Notes under the pieces: model-generated
What the model was told of the DNA's origin: nothing
The model's database searches: none
What the model saw: only the letters and a program-made list of their open reading frames with translations
Position numbers and translations under genes: made by a program
In this document: positions 16,877 through 24,933 of the stretch, in pieces
How positions within the stretch are numbered: the first letter of the stretch is position 1
How the letters are laid out: every line of letters begins with the position of its first letter
DNA from: a virus
Reading direction: 5' to 3' (one strand)
Length of the DNA: 39,316 bases
IMG/VR virus record: IMGVR_UViG_3300006056_003026

Positions 16877-17680
16877 TCACCAGGTGCCGACGTCGCCGTG
16901 AACCTTGAAGGTTCGAGCTTCCCTGTTCCCGCGCCTGATCAGGTCTGCGGGATCCGAGTTTCCTGAGCACTTCAACCTGACAAGCTCACGTCCGGGCATG
17001 ATGAGAGCCCACAGCTCGCGGCCGAAGCAACCCCCGCCGTCCAAGCCGATGACTTTCTCCTCGAGAAGTGGCCGATCGAGGACCGTGTGACCGAACACGA
17101 TCGTTTCCGGACCATTCCAGAAGTTCGTCCAGAACTGCCACAGTTCTGACTCAGGACGTTCCTGCACGCAACGGCTCGTCCACATCGTGGACTCGTCGTT
17201 GGTGCGGTTTCCCCACTTGTCGTACGGCCTGATATTCTGAACGTGCAGAAGGTGCTTCGGCGTCTGATCCTCGATCCTGCGGTTAGGGTAAACCCCTGCA
17301 TGGACACAGACAATGTTGTGCTCGGGCAGCCTTAGGTACAACGGCAGGCTACGGAAGTAGTTGTAGTGGGCCCTCGTCAGCTGCTGGCGGGTGGCCACAT
17401 GGGTTGGCGGGTTGACGTTGACGTGACCCTTCTTCTGCTCGATGTCATCGTAAAAGAGGTGCTTTTCCTCGTGATTGCCCAGGATGCACGAAGGCTTGCC
17501 CTGCCTCGCCTGCAATCGCATCGCGAGATCGACGCATGCACCGTTATCCGGACCTCGATCGATCAGATCACCAAGGAAAACGACGTGATCGTCGTACGTA
17601 GCGTTGCACATGTTGAGAAGCTTGACAGCCTCGTCGTGCATGCCGTGCAGGTCACCGATGATGATCGTTCTTCCGCTCAT
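16877..17680 (-). CDS. PPP-family Ser/Thr (or ApaH-like) metallophosphatase
   Basis: Motifs 'GDLHG', 'GDLIDRGP', 'GNHE', 'VHAG', 'FGHT', in canonical order. Confidence 0.85.
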   Translation of the reverse strand: MSGRTIIIGDLHGMHDEAVKLLNMCNATYDDHVVFLGDLIDRGPDNGACVDLAMRLQARQGKPSCILGNHEEKHLFYDDIEQKKGHVNVNPPTHVATRQQLTRAHYNYFRSLPLYLRLPEHNIVCVHAGVYPNRRIEDQTPKHLLHVQNIRPYDKWGNRTNDESTMWTSRCVQERPESELWQFWTNFWNGPETIVFGHTVLDRPLLEEKVIGLDGGGCFGRELWALIMPGRELVRLKCSGNSDPADLIRRGNREARTFKVHGDVGTW

Positions 17681-17898
17681 GTCTCAATCAAGCTCCTCAG
17701 GTCGCGTGAATCGTGTGTAACGTTGTTGATGTTGATGATCTTGCCATCGATGAGCACCAACGACTCCCATATGGCACCCTTCGTACCGTAACCCGTCATC
17801 TCAGACGTGATCACGATGCCGACGGATCTTGCCTTCAGCATGCGCGAATTGTACGCCAGGAAGAAGACGGTGCCAGGTTTCCAGGACACAGCGTTCAT
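17677..17898 (-). CDS. hypothetical protein
   Basis: 73-aa ORF whose stop overlaps the phosphatase start (ATGA). Confidence 0.45.
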   Translation of the reverse strand: MNAVSWKPGTVFFLAYNSRMLKARSVGIVITSEMTGYGTKGAIWESLVLIDGKIININNVTHDSRDLRSLIET

Positions 17899-17904
17899 CC
17901 GTTC

Positions 17905-18243
17905 TCAGTTGACGTCGTAGTGTGAGTAGCAAATTGCGATATCGTTCGGGACGATATCGTCCAGTTCAGCCTGCAACGAGCTATCGATCCAGACGATCCT
18001 CGGGTACGCATGAGCTCCTGGAAGCGTCGGATCATCGTCAATTTCAAGGTCGATGTCATCAGCGCACATTCCTGGAACATCGACGTTGATGACTGTTCGT
18101 TTCAGGTTCCTGCTCGGAAGCGTCCAGATCATGAGGCTGATAGCTAGCCCGTGAGCTCCGACGAACCAACACAACCATGAGAAGAAACGAACGATCGCTC
18201 GCACCATGAGCAAGATGTAATCTAGAAGCGCAACAAGGTACAC
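17905..18243 (-). CDS. membrane protein
   Basis: 'AIVRFFSWLCWFVGAHGLAISLMIWTL' hydrophobic helices. Confidence 0.45.
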   Translation of the reverse strand: MYLVALLDYILLMVRAIVRFFSWLCWFVGAHGLAISLMIWTLPSRNLKRTVINVDVPGMCADDIDLEIDDDPTLPGAHAYPRIVWIDSSLQAELDDIVPNDIAICYSHYDVN

Positions 18244-18251
18244 TTGGGGTC

Positions 18252-18446
18252 ATGGCAACGAACGGCGTGGTGAGCGATGAGTTCATCTCAGCGATCATTG
18301 AGCTGAAGGCGCTCCGCGAGAACCTCAAGCACACGCAGCAAAGGTGCAACGAGCTTCTCGAGGAGAATCGTGGGCTTCGCAGCAGGTGCAGCAAGCTCGA
18401 GTCAACGATTCGTAGGGTGATTGGCTTCGAAAAGGAAGGTTCATGA
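18252..18446 (+). CDS. small coiled-coil protein
   Basis: Heptad-like 'IIELKALRENLKHTQQRCNELLEENRGLRSRCSKLESTI'. Confidence 0.45.
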   Translation: MATNGVVSDEFISAIIELKALRENLKHTQQRCNELLEENRGLRSRCSKLESTIRRVIGFEKEGS

Positions 18447-18447
18447 C

Positions 18448-18795
18448 ATGAGCGATGAAGACAAGGTCGAGAAGCGAAACTTCGTGAGCAGGTGGTTCAA
18501 CAGCTTCCAGCTCTACAGGAGCATGAAGAACTGGGGCGGCGATGACTGGTTCTGGTTTCTGTGCGTGATGGCGTTGATTTTCGGCGCGGGATGCGGCGTC
18601 ACGGCACTGTTCAATTCAGCAACCGCCGACGGGCGAGCTGATTACTGCTACGTCAAGTACCGTTCAAGTCAGAACGAACCGAACGGTCATTACGTCCTTC
18701 TCGCTCACCGGCCCTGGCGGGATGACACGATCATCGATTCCGCTCTGACGTCAAGCGAGCTCGAGCTCTCGCTCTGTCCCACCGAGGTTCGCTGA
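18448..18795 (+). CDS. membrane protein
   Basis: ATG 18448 follows AAGGAAGG with about 8 nt spacing. The ORF-track start at 18421 is a TTG. TM helix 'WFWFLCVMALIFGAGCGVTALF'. Confidence 0.5.
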   Translation: MSDEDKVEKRNFVSRWFNSFQLYRSMKNWGGDDWFWFLCVMALIFGAGCGVTALFNSATADGRADYCYVKYRSSQNEPNGHYVLLAHRPWRDDTIIDSALTSSELELSLCPTEVR

Positions 18796-18841
18796 TCCCG
18801 TAACGCTCATCCCAACGTGCCGAAGGGCACCTACTTACAGC

Positions 18842-19132
18842 GTGAAGCTGAGGTATGGTGCCCTTCGTCGTATCCTGTGGCAAGCGATCAACGAGGTCGC
18901 GCCGGGACGACCGTACATCCGAAATGCCATGGCTCCGGAGACTGCTAACCGCGAGCAGCTCAAGAACATCGGCGAGGATCCTGATGAAGACGAGCTCCCA
19001 GAGCACCTAAGGGACGTGACAGTCAACCCAAAGGATTGCTATGGACCGGTGCCGCCGACGGGCGAGGAACCCTACGTTACGATGGATCCGTACGTACGTG
19101 GCGCCTCACCACTGCCAACGCCTCGTCGTTGA
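18842..19132 (+). CDS. hypothetical protein
   Basis: 96-aa ORF, convergent with the nucleotidyltransferase gene. Confidence 0.4.
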   Translation: MKLRYGALRRILWQAINEVAPGRPYIRNAMAPETANREQLKNIGEDPDEDELPEHLRDVTVNPKDCYGPVPPTGEEPYVTMDPYVRGASPLPTPRR

Positions 19133-20161
19133 TCAGTAGACCGTGCCGTCAGCCTGAACGAACTCGTGGCCCATCCTCTTCATGAGATGGTACAAGGGTG
19201 TCGTTCGGAACCCGACAGCGACATGTTCCATGGGCCAGAGCGTCGTGAGCATGACGAGATCGTCGCTGGTCATGTCACCGAGAAGGTTCTTCAGCTTGTG
19301 CTTCACAGCTTCCTTGGTGAAGAACGACTTGTCGTAGCCCTTGTATTTCTTCTCCGAAGCTGGGAGCTGCTCGACAGCGGCAACAATCGCCAACGACCAG
19401 CTGACCATCTGGTGCGATGTCTCGGGCGTGAGCTTGGTGAGGTTGTGCTTCCTCATCCACTTCAACGTTCGGTGAAGGGCTGCTGGCGATGTCCATCGCT
19501 CGATCTCAAGCTCTGAGCTGCTCATCAGAGCATCCCACTTCGGGTGCTTGATGATCTCCTTGTCGTTGAACGCAACCTTCGCGTTCGTGATATCGAAGGA
19601 GTTCAGCACCTTGTCGATGGGCTCCGACCTCTGCATCACGGCTTGGATCATCACAGGACCGCATGCGATGTCGACGTTCGCCCCCGACGGTGACGGGTTC
19701 ACATGGATCTTCTCATCACCGAACGTCTCGAGATCACGCCTCATGTCGTGCAGCGAGGTCGAAAACAGAGCCTTGGAACGATCGTCTGGGAAGAACAGGT
19801 CGATGTCGCCATGCTGCTGCTTTGCCCTCATCCCATCGTACTTTGAACCGCCTCCTGCCGCTACGTCACCGCGGAAGATTCCGAGGTACTCGGCAATGTC
19901 AGCCGTCGCCTGCTGGTACCCAGCTGGCTCGCCGGGCATGGGAGGCTTTCCCAGGTCACTGTCGACCTTGACGTATCGACCGTTCTCGACCGACTCGATC
20001 GCCCTGGCTGCGAACCCACCAGCAACGTATGCTCCGCATGCGAACGCGCAATCAAGGACACCTGAAACCATCTTGTTGTAGATCACCGGCCTTTTCATCG
20101 ACATCAACTTTGAGTTGATCGTACTGGGCTCAGCGACGTACCCATGCTCCAACTTGTGCAT
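19133..20161 (-). CDS. Pol-beta-superfamily nucleotidyltransferase with an alpha-helical C-terminal domain (CD-NTase/OAS/MNT-like). Specificity unknown.
   Basis: 'GGSKYDGMRAKQQHGDIDLFF' matches the GS-x(9-13)-DhD catalytic motif. A later acidic residue lies in 'ANVDIACG'. It is the last gene of the minus-strand operon. Confidence 0.7.
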   Translation of the reverse strand: MHKLEHGYVAEPSTINSKLMSMKRPVIYNKMVSGVLDCAFACGAYVAGGFAARAIESVENGRYVKVDSDLGKPPMPGEPAGYQQATADIAEYLGIFRGDVAAGGGSKYDGMRAKQQHGDIDLFFPDDRSKALFSTSLHDMRRDLETFGDEKIHVNPSPSGANVDIACGPVMIQAVMQRSEPIDKVLNSFDITNAKVAFNDKEIIKHPKWDALMSSSELEIERWTSPAALHRTLKWMRKHNLTKLTPETSHQMVSWSLAIVAAVEQLPASEKKYKGYDKSFFTKEAVKHKLKNLLGDMTSDDLVMLTTLWPMEHVAVGFRTTPLYHLMKRMGHEFVQADGTVY

Positions 20162-20169
20162 GCCTCGTT

Positions 20170-20592
20170 CTATAACTCAGGTTGCTCGGTGTGCACGTGA
20201 GCGATCTGCAGCCTCTTCGCTTCGTCAGCTATGAATAGGTCGAGTTGGTTGCGAAGCAAGCACAGCTGCATGATGTCAAGCTTCATCACGTGGCGAGTTC
20301 CATTCTTTGATATCGACAACGACGTATCGACTCGTCGCTCGTCATCACCACGATCGTCGGTCGTAGGGAACATGTCGAACGCACGCTCGAACGTGTAGCG
20401 CCAACATGACAACCACTCGTTCGATCCGTCCTCCTGGGTCCTTATCTTGTCGGTGACACGGTAGATCACCCTATGACGTAGTCTCGAGTGAGCTCGTCGG
20501 CCAACGTATACGCACAGGTCGCCAGGTTGTAACTCGTATGGATCAGCGACGCTTGGCACGTTTATTGCCCTTCCTGCGCTTTGGTTTTCCAC
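20170..20592 (-). CDS. PGD-motif family paralog
   Basis: 'ELQPGDLCVYVGRR'. Its 5' end overlaps the upstream gene by about 50 nt, so the true start is probably internal. Confidence 0.5.
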   Translation of the reverse strand: MENQSAGRAINVPSVADPYELQPGDLCVYVGRRAHSRLRHRVIYRVTDKIRTQEDGSNEWLSCWRYTFERAFDMFPTTDDRGDDERRVDTSLSISKNGTRHVMKLDIMQLCLLRNQLDLFIADEAKRLQIAHVHTEQPEL

Positions 20593-20968
20593 CTTCTAGA
20601 CCTGAAAGCGTTTTCTTGATAGCCTCCGTGCTGATGCCTGAGAGCCCCATGATGCTGTTCATTGAGCTGATCATCGCATCAACGGTCGGAGTCATCCTCG
20701 AGACGGCACTCATTACGTTGTCGAAAGCTTTCGACATGTTGCTTACGGCTGAGTCCATCCCGTCGTATGCATCGACCGACGGGTAGATCGACCAAACGAC
20801 AAGTGCATCGCCCTCGTTGATAGCCGCAACGATGCCAAGTCCGTCGTAGCGAGCTGTCGTCCTGTTGTACTTGCTGACGACGGATCCTGGCGATGGTTGC
20901 TTATGCATCTCGAAGTGATGCATAGGTTCAGCCTCGCTAAGCGTATCGACCTTGACCGTTGTGATCAT
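20543..20968 (-). CDS. PGD-family paralog (MIT subgroup)
   Basis: 'MITTVKVDTL...GLGIVAAINEGDALVVWSIYP'. Basic C-terminal tail KRRKGNKRAKRR. Confidence 0.55.
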   Translation of the reverse strand: MITTVKVDTLSEAEPMHHFEMHKQPSPGSVVSKYNRTTARYDGLGIVAAINEGDALVVWSIYPSVDAYDGMDSAVSNMSKAFDNVMSAVSRMTPTVDAMISSMNSIMGLSGISTEAIKKTLSGLEGGKPKRRKGNKRAKRR

Positions 20969-21330
20969 TGCAGCTTCGACACCTTCATCTCGAACTCGAT
21001 GTTATCGGGTTCCTCGTCAACAACCCATTTGACATTCAGCTGCTTGCTCTCAGACTTGATGTCGACGGCCTTGATGTTGAGCTTAAGGTCTTCGATCCTG
21101 TCAGGATGACTGGACCACAATACCGTCGCATGCTCATCGACGATCGCGACGGTAGTTCCGAACCCGCCGCCCTGCTTGAAGAGACCGTTGATCCTTCGAA
21201 CGTGATCACCGATGACTAACCTCTCGAGACGATGCGCTGTACGTCGCAGCACCTGCTGCTCGTACGTAAGTCCTTCAGCCGGCTCGTAGCCGACCTTCTC
21301 GATATCCTTGAGCTTTTCGATAGTGATCAT
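20965..21330 (-). CDS. PGD-family paralog (MIT subgroup)
   Basis: 'MITIEKLKD...VIGDHVRRINGL...GGGFGTTVAIVDEHATVLWSSHP'. Confidence 0.55.
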   Translation of the reverse strand: MITIEKLKDIEKVGYEPAEGLTYEQQVLRRTAHRLERLVIGDHVRRINGLFKQGGGFGTTVAIVDEHATVLWSSHPDRIEDLKLNIKAVDIKSESKQLNVKWVVDEEPDNIEFEMKVSKLQ

Positions 21331-21749
21331 GCTTCACCCAACGATGACGTGCCAAGCGAACCAGAACCGTACGTGTGATCCATGTAAAAAACCAGACCCG
21401 ATGGCATCGACATGGGCTGGATGCTCACGAGCTGCTGCGCAACGAGGTAATTGGATTGCTGCCTGACCACGGGAAACACAAAACTCTTGAGAGGATCGTT
21501 GCTGTGGATCGGTTCTATCGACCACAGGACGGTGACGTGCTCATCGACGATGGCAACGGCCATCCCGTAACCGCCGTGCCTCAAGCCAACGTCCTTGAGC
21601 TTGACGTGGCTACCGATGACAAGGTTGTTACGTTGAGCGTAGATCTTGATCAGGGCAGCTTTGACGCACTCGGTGTACGACCTGTCTGACGACTCCTCGA
21701 ATGGATCGTCAGCGAGAAGAACGTCCTCTATCCTTTCGACGGTTATCAT
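21327..21749 (-). CDS. PGD-family paralog (MIT subgroup)
   Basis: 'MITVERIEDV...VIGSHVKLKDV...GGYGMAVAIVDEHVTVLWSIEP'. Close paralog of 20965..21330. Confidence 0.55.
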   Translation of the reverse strand: MITVERIEDVLLADDPFEESSDRSYTECVKAALIKIYAQRNNLVIGSHVKLKDVGLRHGGYGMAVAIVDEHVTVLWSIEPIHSNDPLKSFVFPVVRQQSNYLVAQQLVSIQPMSMPSGLVFYMDHTYGSGSLGTSSLGEA

Positions 21750-22033
21750 GCGCCCATCGAATCCTTCATCAAACGCAGGTACGCGCGGTCCTCTTCAACT
21801 TGAATGTCACGGATCAACCTCTCCTGCAGAGTGAGTGGACTTGGAGCTAGCTCCCAAAGCACGGTGACATCTGTTCCCATCACCTCGTCGTCGAAATCAA
21901 CGCTGATCGAGATGATTGTTCCAACCTGATCCTCACGTGAACAGAACGACACGATGCAACCCGGAGCTGCAGCATGATTGCTAGCGCAACGATGAACGAT
22001 GTCCTCTGCTCCGTGCGTACGAATGCAGCTCAC
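21746..22033 (-). CDS. PGD-family paralog (divergent)
   Basis: 'VGTIISISVDFDDEVMGTDVTVLWELAP'. Confidence 0.5.
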   Translation of the reverse strand: MSCIRTHGAEDIVHRCASNHAAAPGCIVSFCSREDQVGTIISISVDFDDEVMGTDVTVLWELAPSPLTLQERLIRDIQVEEDRAYLRLMKDSMGA

Positions 22034-22302
22034 GTGCCCCCAAGCGCAGGCACGAGCTTTCCGACCATCGTCAGAGCCTCGCGATACAGCGATGAAACAG
22101 GATCATCTGATTGCGTCGCTTGGTACGCTCTTGCGATGAGGTTAGGCTCTTGCGTCCAGACGACGATCGAACGTGAACCGTTCGAACCGATGAAGATGCC
22201 GAGTGAACTGTCATCGTGCACGTGCATGATCATGTCACCAGGGATGGGTTCTGCATCGTTCTCCGGTCCTATGAACCTTGTCTCGATCTCCTCGATCACC
22301 AT
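22030..22302 (-). CDS. PGD-motif family paralog
   Basis: 'PIPGDMIMHVHDDSSLGIFIG...SIVVWTQEP'. Confidence 0.5.
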   Translation of the reverse strand: MVIEEIETRFIGPENDAEPIPGDMIMHVHDDSSLGIFIGSNGSRSIVVWTQEPNLIARAYQATQSDDPVSSLYREALTMVGKLVPALGGT

Positions 22303-22832
22303 CGATTCTCGACCTCGTACTGAGCATCGTGAACGTAAGCATTCATCATGTCGATCGTGAATCGAGACGTGATCGTCTTCTTCGACCCCGGCGGGATGCA
22401 GACGATGACCAGCTCAGAAACATCACGCATCGGTGTTTCACCGGAGAAACCTGAGAAGCTATCCCTGAAGCAACGGGTGAACTTGAAGTCCACGATCGGC
22501 GAACCCGTGAAGATCAGATCGTTGGGATCGATCTTGTCGCTGGCAACGAGGTTTGCTATCGACTTCAACGATTCGCTCATCGATTGACCGTTGTAGTTCA
22601 GCGCAGCACTTTGGGCCAAGCCTTTACGAGCTCTCTGCGCTTGAATGAGACGATCGATCAGTCCTGGATCCGGGTGCTTCGACCAGAGGACCATCACATC
22701 GACGTTGTTAACGCCGACGACGAACCCTCGCGAAGCCTGATCGAGATGGTGCTTGACCCACTCGCCGGGTTTGATGATAGTTGAGGCCCAGTTGACGTTC
22801 AGAACATCAGACAGGGCTAGCTCCTGAAGCAT
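22296..22832 (-). CDS. PGD-family paralog (longer)
   Basis: 'IKPGEWVKHHL...GFVVGVNNVDVMVLWSKHP'. Confidence 0.5.
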   Translation of the reverse strand: MLQELALSDVLNVNWASTIIKPGEWVKHHLDQASRGFVVGVNNVDVMVLWSKHPDPGLIDRLIQAQRARKGLAQSAALNYNGQSMSESLKSIANLVASDKIDPNDLIFTGSPIVDFKFTRCFRDSFSGFSGETPMRDVSELVIVCIPPGSKKTITSRFTIDMMNAYVHDAQYEVENRW

Positions 22833-22865
22833 AGAAAGATCCTAACCCCAACTCATGAGCACGGA

Positions 22866-23210
22866 TTACCGGTTGAATCGACTGTGCTTGAATCGAAGCT
22901 TTCCCTCAACTGTCATCATGACCCAAACATCAGTTTGTCTTGGATTTCGCATGGGTTCCTTGAGGAGAACTTTCCTGTATCGAGCGACGATGAACACCAG
23001 TTCGTTGATAAGCCTGACGTCGAAGTAAAATCCATTTGACACGATCTCCTGGATGAACCGTGAGCTAAACGTTTCAGCATCGGGCGTCGACGGGACGCAA
23101 ACTTGACAGCAATTCGAGTGGACAAAAACAGCATCACCCGGTACGATCGTCGCGTACCACGGGTGATTGCCGTCAACCTGCCAGACCTTCAATCTACTTC
23201 TCGTTTTCAT
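22866..23210 (-). CDS. PGD-motif family paralog
   Basis: 'TIVPGDAVFVHSNC'. Confidence 0.5.
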   Translation of the reverse strand: MKTRSRLKVWQVDGNHPWYATIVPGDAVFVHSNCCQVCVPSTPDAETFSSRFIQEIVSNGFYFDVRLINELVFIVARYRKVLLKEPMRNPRQTDVWVMMTVEGKLRFKHSRFNR

Positions 23211-23511
23211 CTAGAAGGACGATGAACCCGACCTCGCCCCTGTCTCGACGACGTTCCCTGAACCTCGACATGACCTTTCCGGGCTCCGAAATTTCGATGT
23301 CTGCACGAAGTTGATCGACAACCTCGAGCACATCCGCCAGCTCATCGATCTCAGCTTCGCTGCCGTCGATTGTCTCCGACATCTCCTTCGCTTCCTCGAG
23401 AAGCTTCTTCTTCAGAAGCTGCCAACGCTCAAGAGGTTGAGCCTGACGTGTTCGTAGTGACGCACCGTTTGCAGCTGCGATCTCCGGAATACGATCCCTG
23501 ATAAGCTTCAT
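23194..23511 (-). CDS. all-alpha NTP pyrophosphohydrolase (MazG/HisE-like), tentative
   Basis: N-terminal 'MKLIRDRIPEIAAANG' matches the 'KLVRDKIPEI' signature of MazG-like house-cleaning NTP-PPases. Acidic EExxE-type helices follow. Confidence 0.5.
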   Translation of the reverse strand: MKLIRDRIPEIAAANGASLRTRQAQPLERWQLLKKKLLEEAKEMSETIDGSEAEIDELADVLEVVDQLRADIEISEPGKVMSRFRERRRDRGEVGFIVLLDENEK

Positions 23512-23939
23512 GTTTTCTCCATCATCCCATAACTCAACGATTCAAGCGTAGCGTATCCCATCAACGTTCCATCCTCGAATTCACCTGAGGCGAACAGAAG
23601 GCCTCGAAGGTGACTCGTGGCGCTCGACCAGATGACGGTGACCGGCAAGTTGACGTACCTTTCCTCGTTCGTGCCGTCGAACGCGTACGAGGCATCGATG
23701 TCGATCTCACGCATCATGGTTTTAGCGACCATGACACGCATGTTGCGCTTCGGAACGATGATCGTGCCTGGCGGGTACAACGAACGCTTCGTCATGTTCG
23801 AGTACGCCTCGAGGAACAGCGCCTGCACGTCATAGGGTACGATGAGCTTCAGCTCCTTCCAGAGCAACCTACGTTCCTTGACGCTCAGCGGTTCGAAGAG
23901 GTCAGCGATGAACTCGGCCGTCTGCTTCGGGGTCATCAC
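23508..23939 (-). CDS. PGT-variant family paralog
   Basis: 'YPPGTIIVPKRNMRVMVAK...LPVTVIWSS'. Confidence 0.5.
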   Translation of the reverse strand: MMTPKQTAEFIADLFEPLSVKERRLLWKELKLIVPYDVQALFLEAYSNMTKRSLYPPGTIIVPKRNMRVMVAKTMMREIDIDASYAFDGTNEERYVNLPVTVIWSSATSHLRGLLFASGEFEDGTLMGYATLESLSYGMMEKT

Positions 23940-24622
23940 GTGAAGTCAACCTCCGGGAGCTCCCACTGTGCCCACTTCACGCTCCCGTAGCTCGTGATCA
24001 CACCGTTGTAACAACGGTCATCGACCGTGACCTTGAACTTTGCGACCTCCTCTAGACGCACATCCCTGAGCGCAGCGTACGGGGAATCGTGCTTGCTCGA
24101 TTCGAACCATGACCTGAGGCGTACCTCCATCGCAAGGTACAGGTAGGATCGCACCTTCTCGAGGCGTCGGGACCATTTCCTTGACATCCTGTAAAGTCGA
24201 TGGAACTCAGCTGTTTGCTCATCCGTCAGCGTGTAGAACGTTTTCTGAGGGTTTCTCATCCCCCAGTCGATGAAGTACTGCAGGTTGTGAGAGCTTCGTA
24301 GCGAGCCATCCTGGATGATAGCATACTGATCGTGATTGTCGCTATCGTCCTTCAGCATGCAGAACTCGTTCCCGGCTTCCTTCGATGCATCCTCGATCGC
24401 ATGGACGTACGACCAGAACGCCTCGCTGCGTTTCTTTGAATCGAACCTGACATCGACGAACAGCGTTTCGACCCGCCTCCAGTCGATGAGCTTTTTCATG
24501 ATACGTGCGGTTCGTTTCTTGTGCGACCGCACGTTGCAGTTTTGATATGCATTGAGCCGGGTTTCGTACGCTCGTGAAGCCGCATGCTCGAGGTACAACG
24601 GTTCAAAATCGTCGAGGTTCAT
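23936..24622 (-). CDS. hypothetical protein
   Basis: 228-aa ORF, coupled by ATGA overlaps on both sides. Confidence 0.5.
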   Translation of the reverse strand: MNLDDFEPLYLEHAASRAYETRLNAYQNCNVRSHKKRTARIMKKLIDWRRVETLFVDVRFDSKKRSEAFWSYVHAIEDASKEAGNEFCMLKDDSDNHDQYAIIQDGSLRSSHNLQYFIDWGMRNPQKTFYTLTDEQTAEFHRLYRMSRKWSRRLEKVRSYLYLAMEVRLRSWFESSKHDSPYAALRDVRLEEVAKFKVTVDDRCYNGVITSYGSVKWAQWELPEVDFT

Positions 24623-24840
24623 TGCACGGTCCGGGATGCGATGATGCGGTCAGCTAGCTCGAAGACGCCTTCCATCATATCCTCTGTCGACCGTAACACC
24701 TTGAGCTCGTTCCTTGCACAATCGCTGATGTCACGTTTCTCAACGATGTTGATCAACGTGCTTGACATGTCCGGCGCAACGCGGATCGCCCAGCAGAGGT
24801 ATGTCAACATCGACTTTTCATCATCGGAGAGCATATGCAC
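24619..24840 (-). CDS. hypothetical small protein
   Basis: 73 aa. First gene downstream of MVP after a hairpin. Confidence 0.45.
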   Translation of the reverse strand: MHMLSDDEKSMLTYLCWAIRVAPDMSSTLINIVEKRDISDCARNELKVLRSTEDMMEGVFELADRIIASRTVQ

Positions 24841-24851
24841 CCAACGACAAA

Positions 24852-24882
24852 TGCCCGGGCAGCGGTTTTCACCGCCCGGGCA
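24852..24882 (-). terminator. hairpin between MVP and the downstream operon (candidate attenuator or partial terminator)
   Basis: t-GCCCGGGC-(13 nt loop)-GCCCGGGC-a gives a 9-bp GC-rich stem. On the minus-strand transcript it is followed by a modest U-rich run (AUUUGUCGUU). Confidence 0.35.
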
Positions 24883-24933
24883 CCTGCATGTTACGAAGGG
24901 AAGGAAGTTTCTACGTTGGGGACCGTGAGCCGC

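Noticed and set aside
19548-20081. 177-aa plus-strand ORF and other plus-strand ORFs over 19166..20061
   Set aside because: Antisense to the nucleotidyltransferase gene. S/P/A/R-rich.
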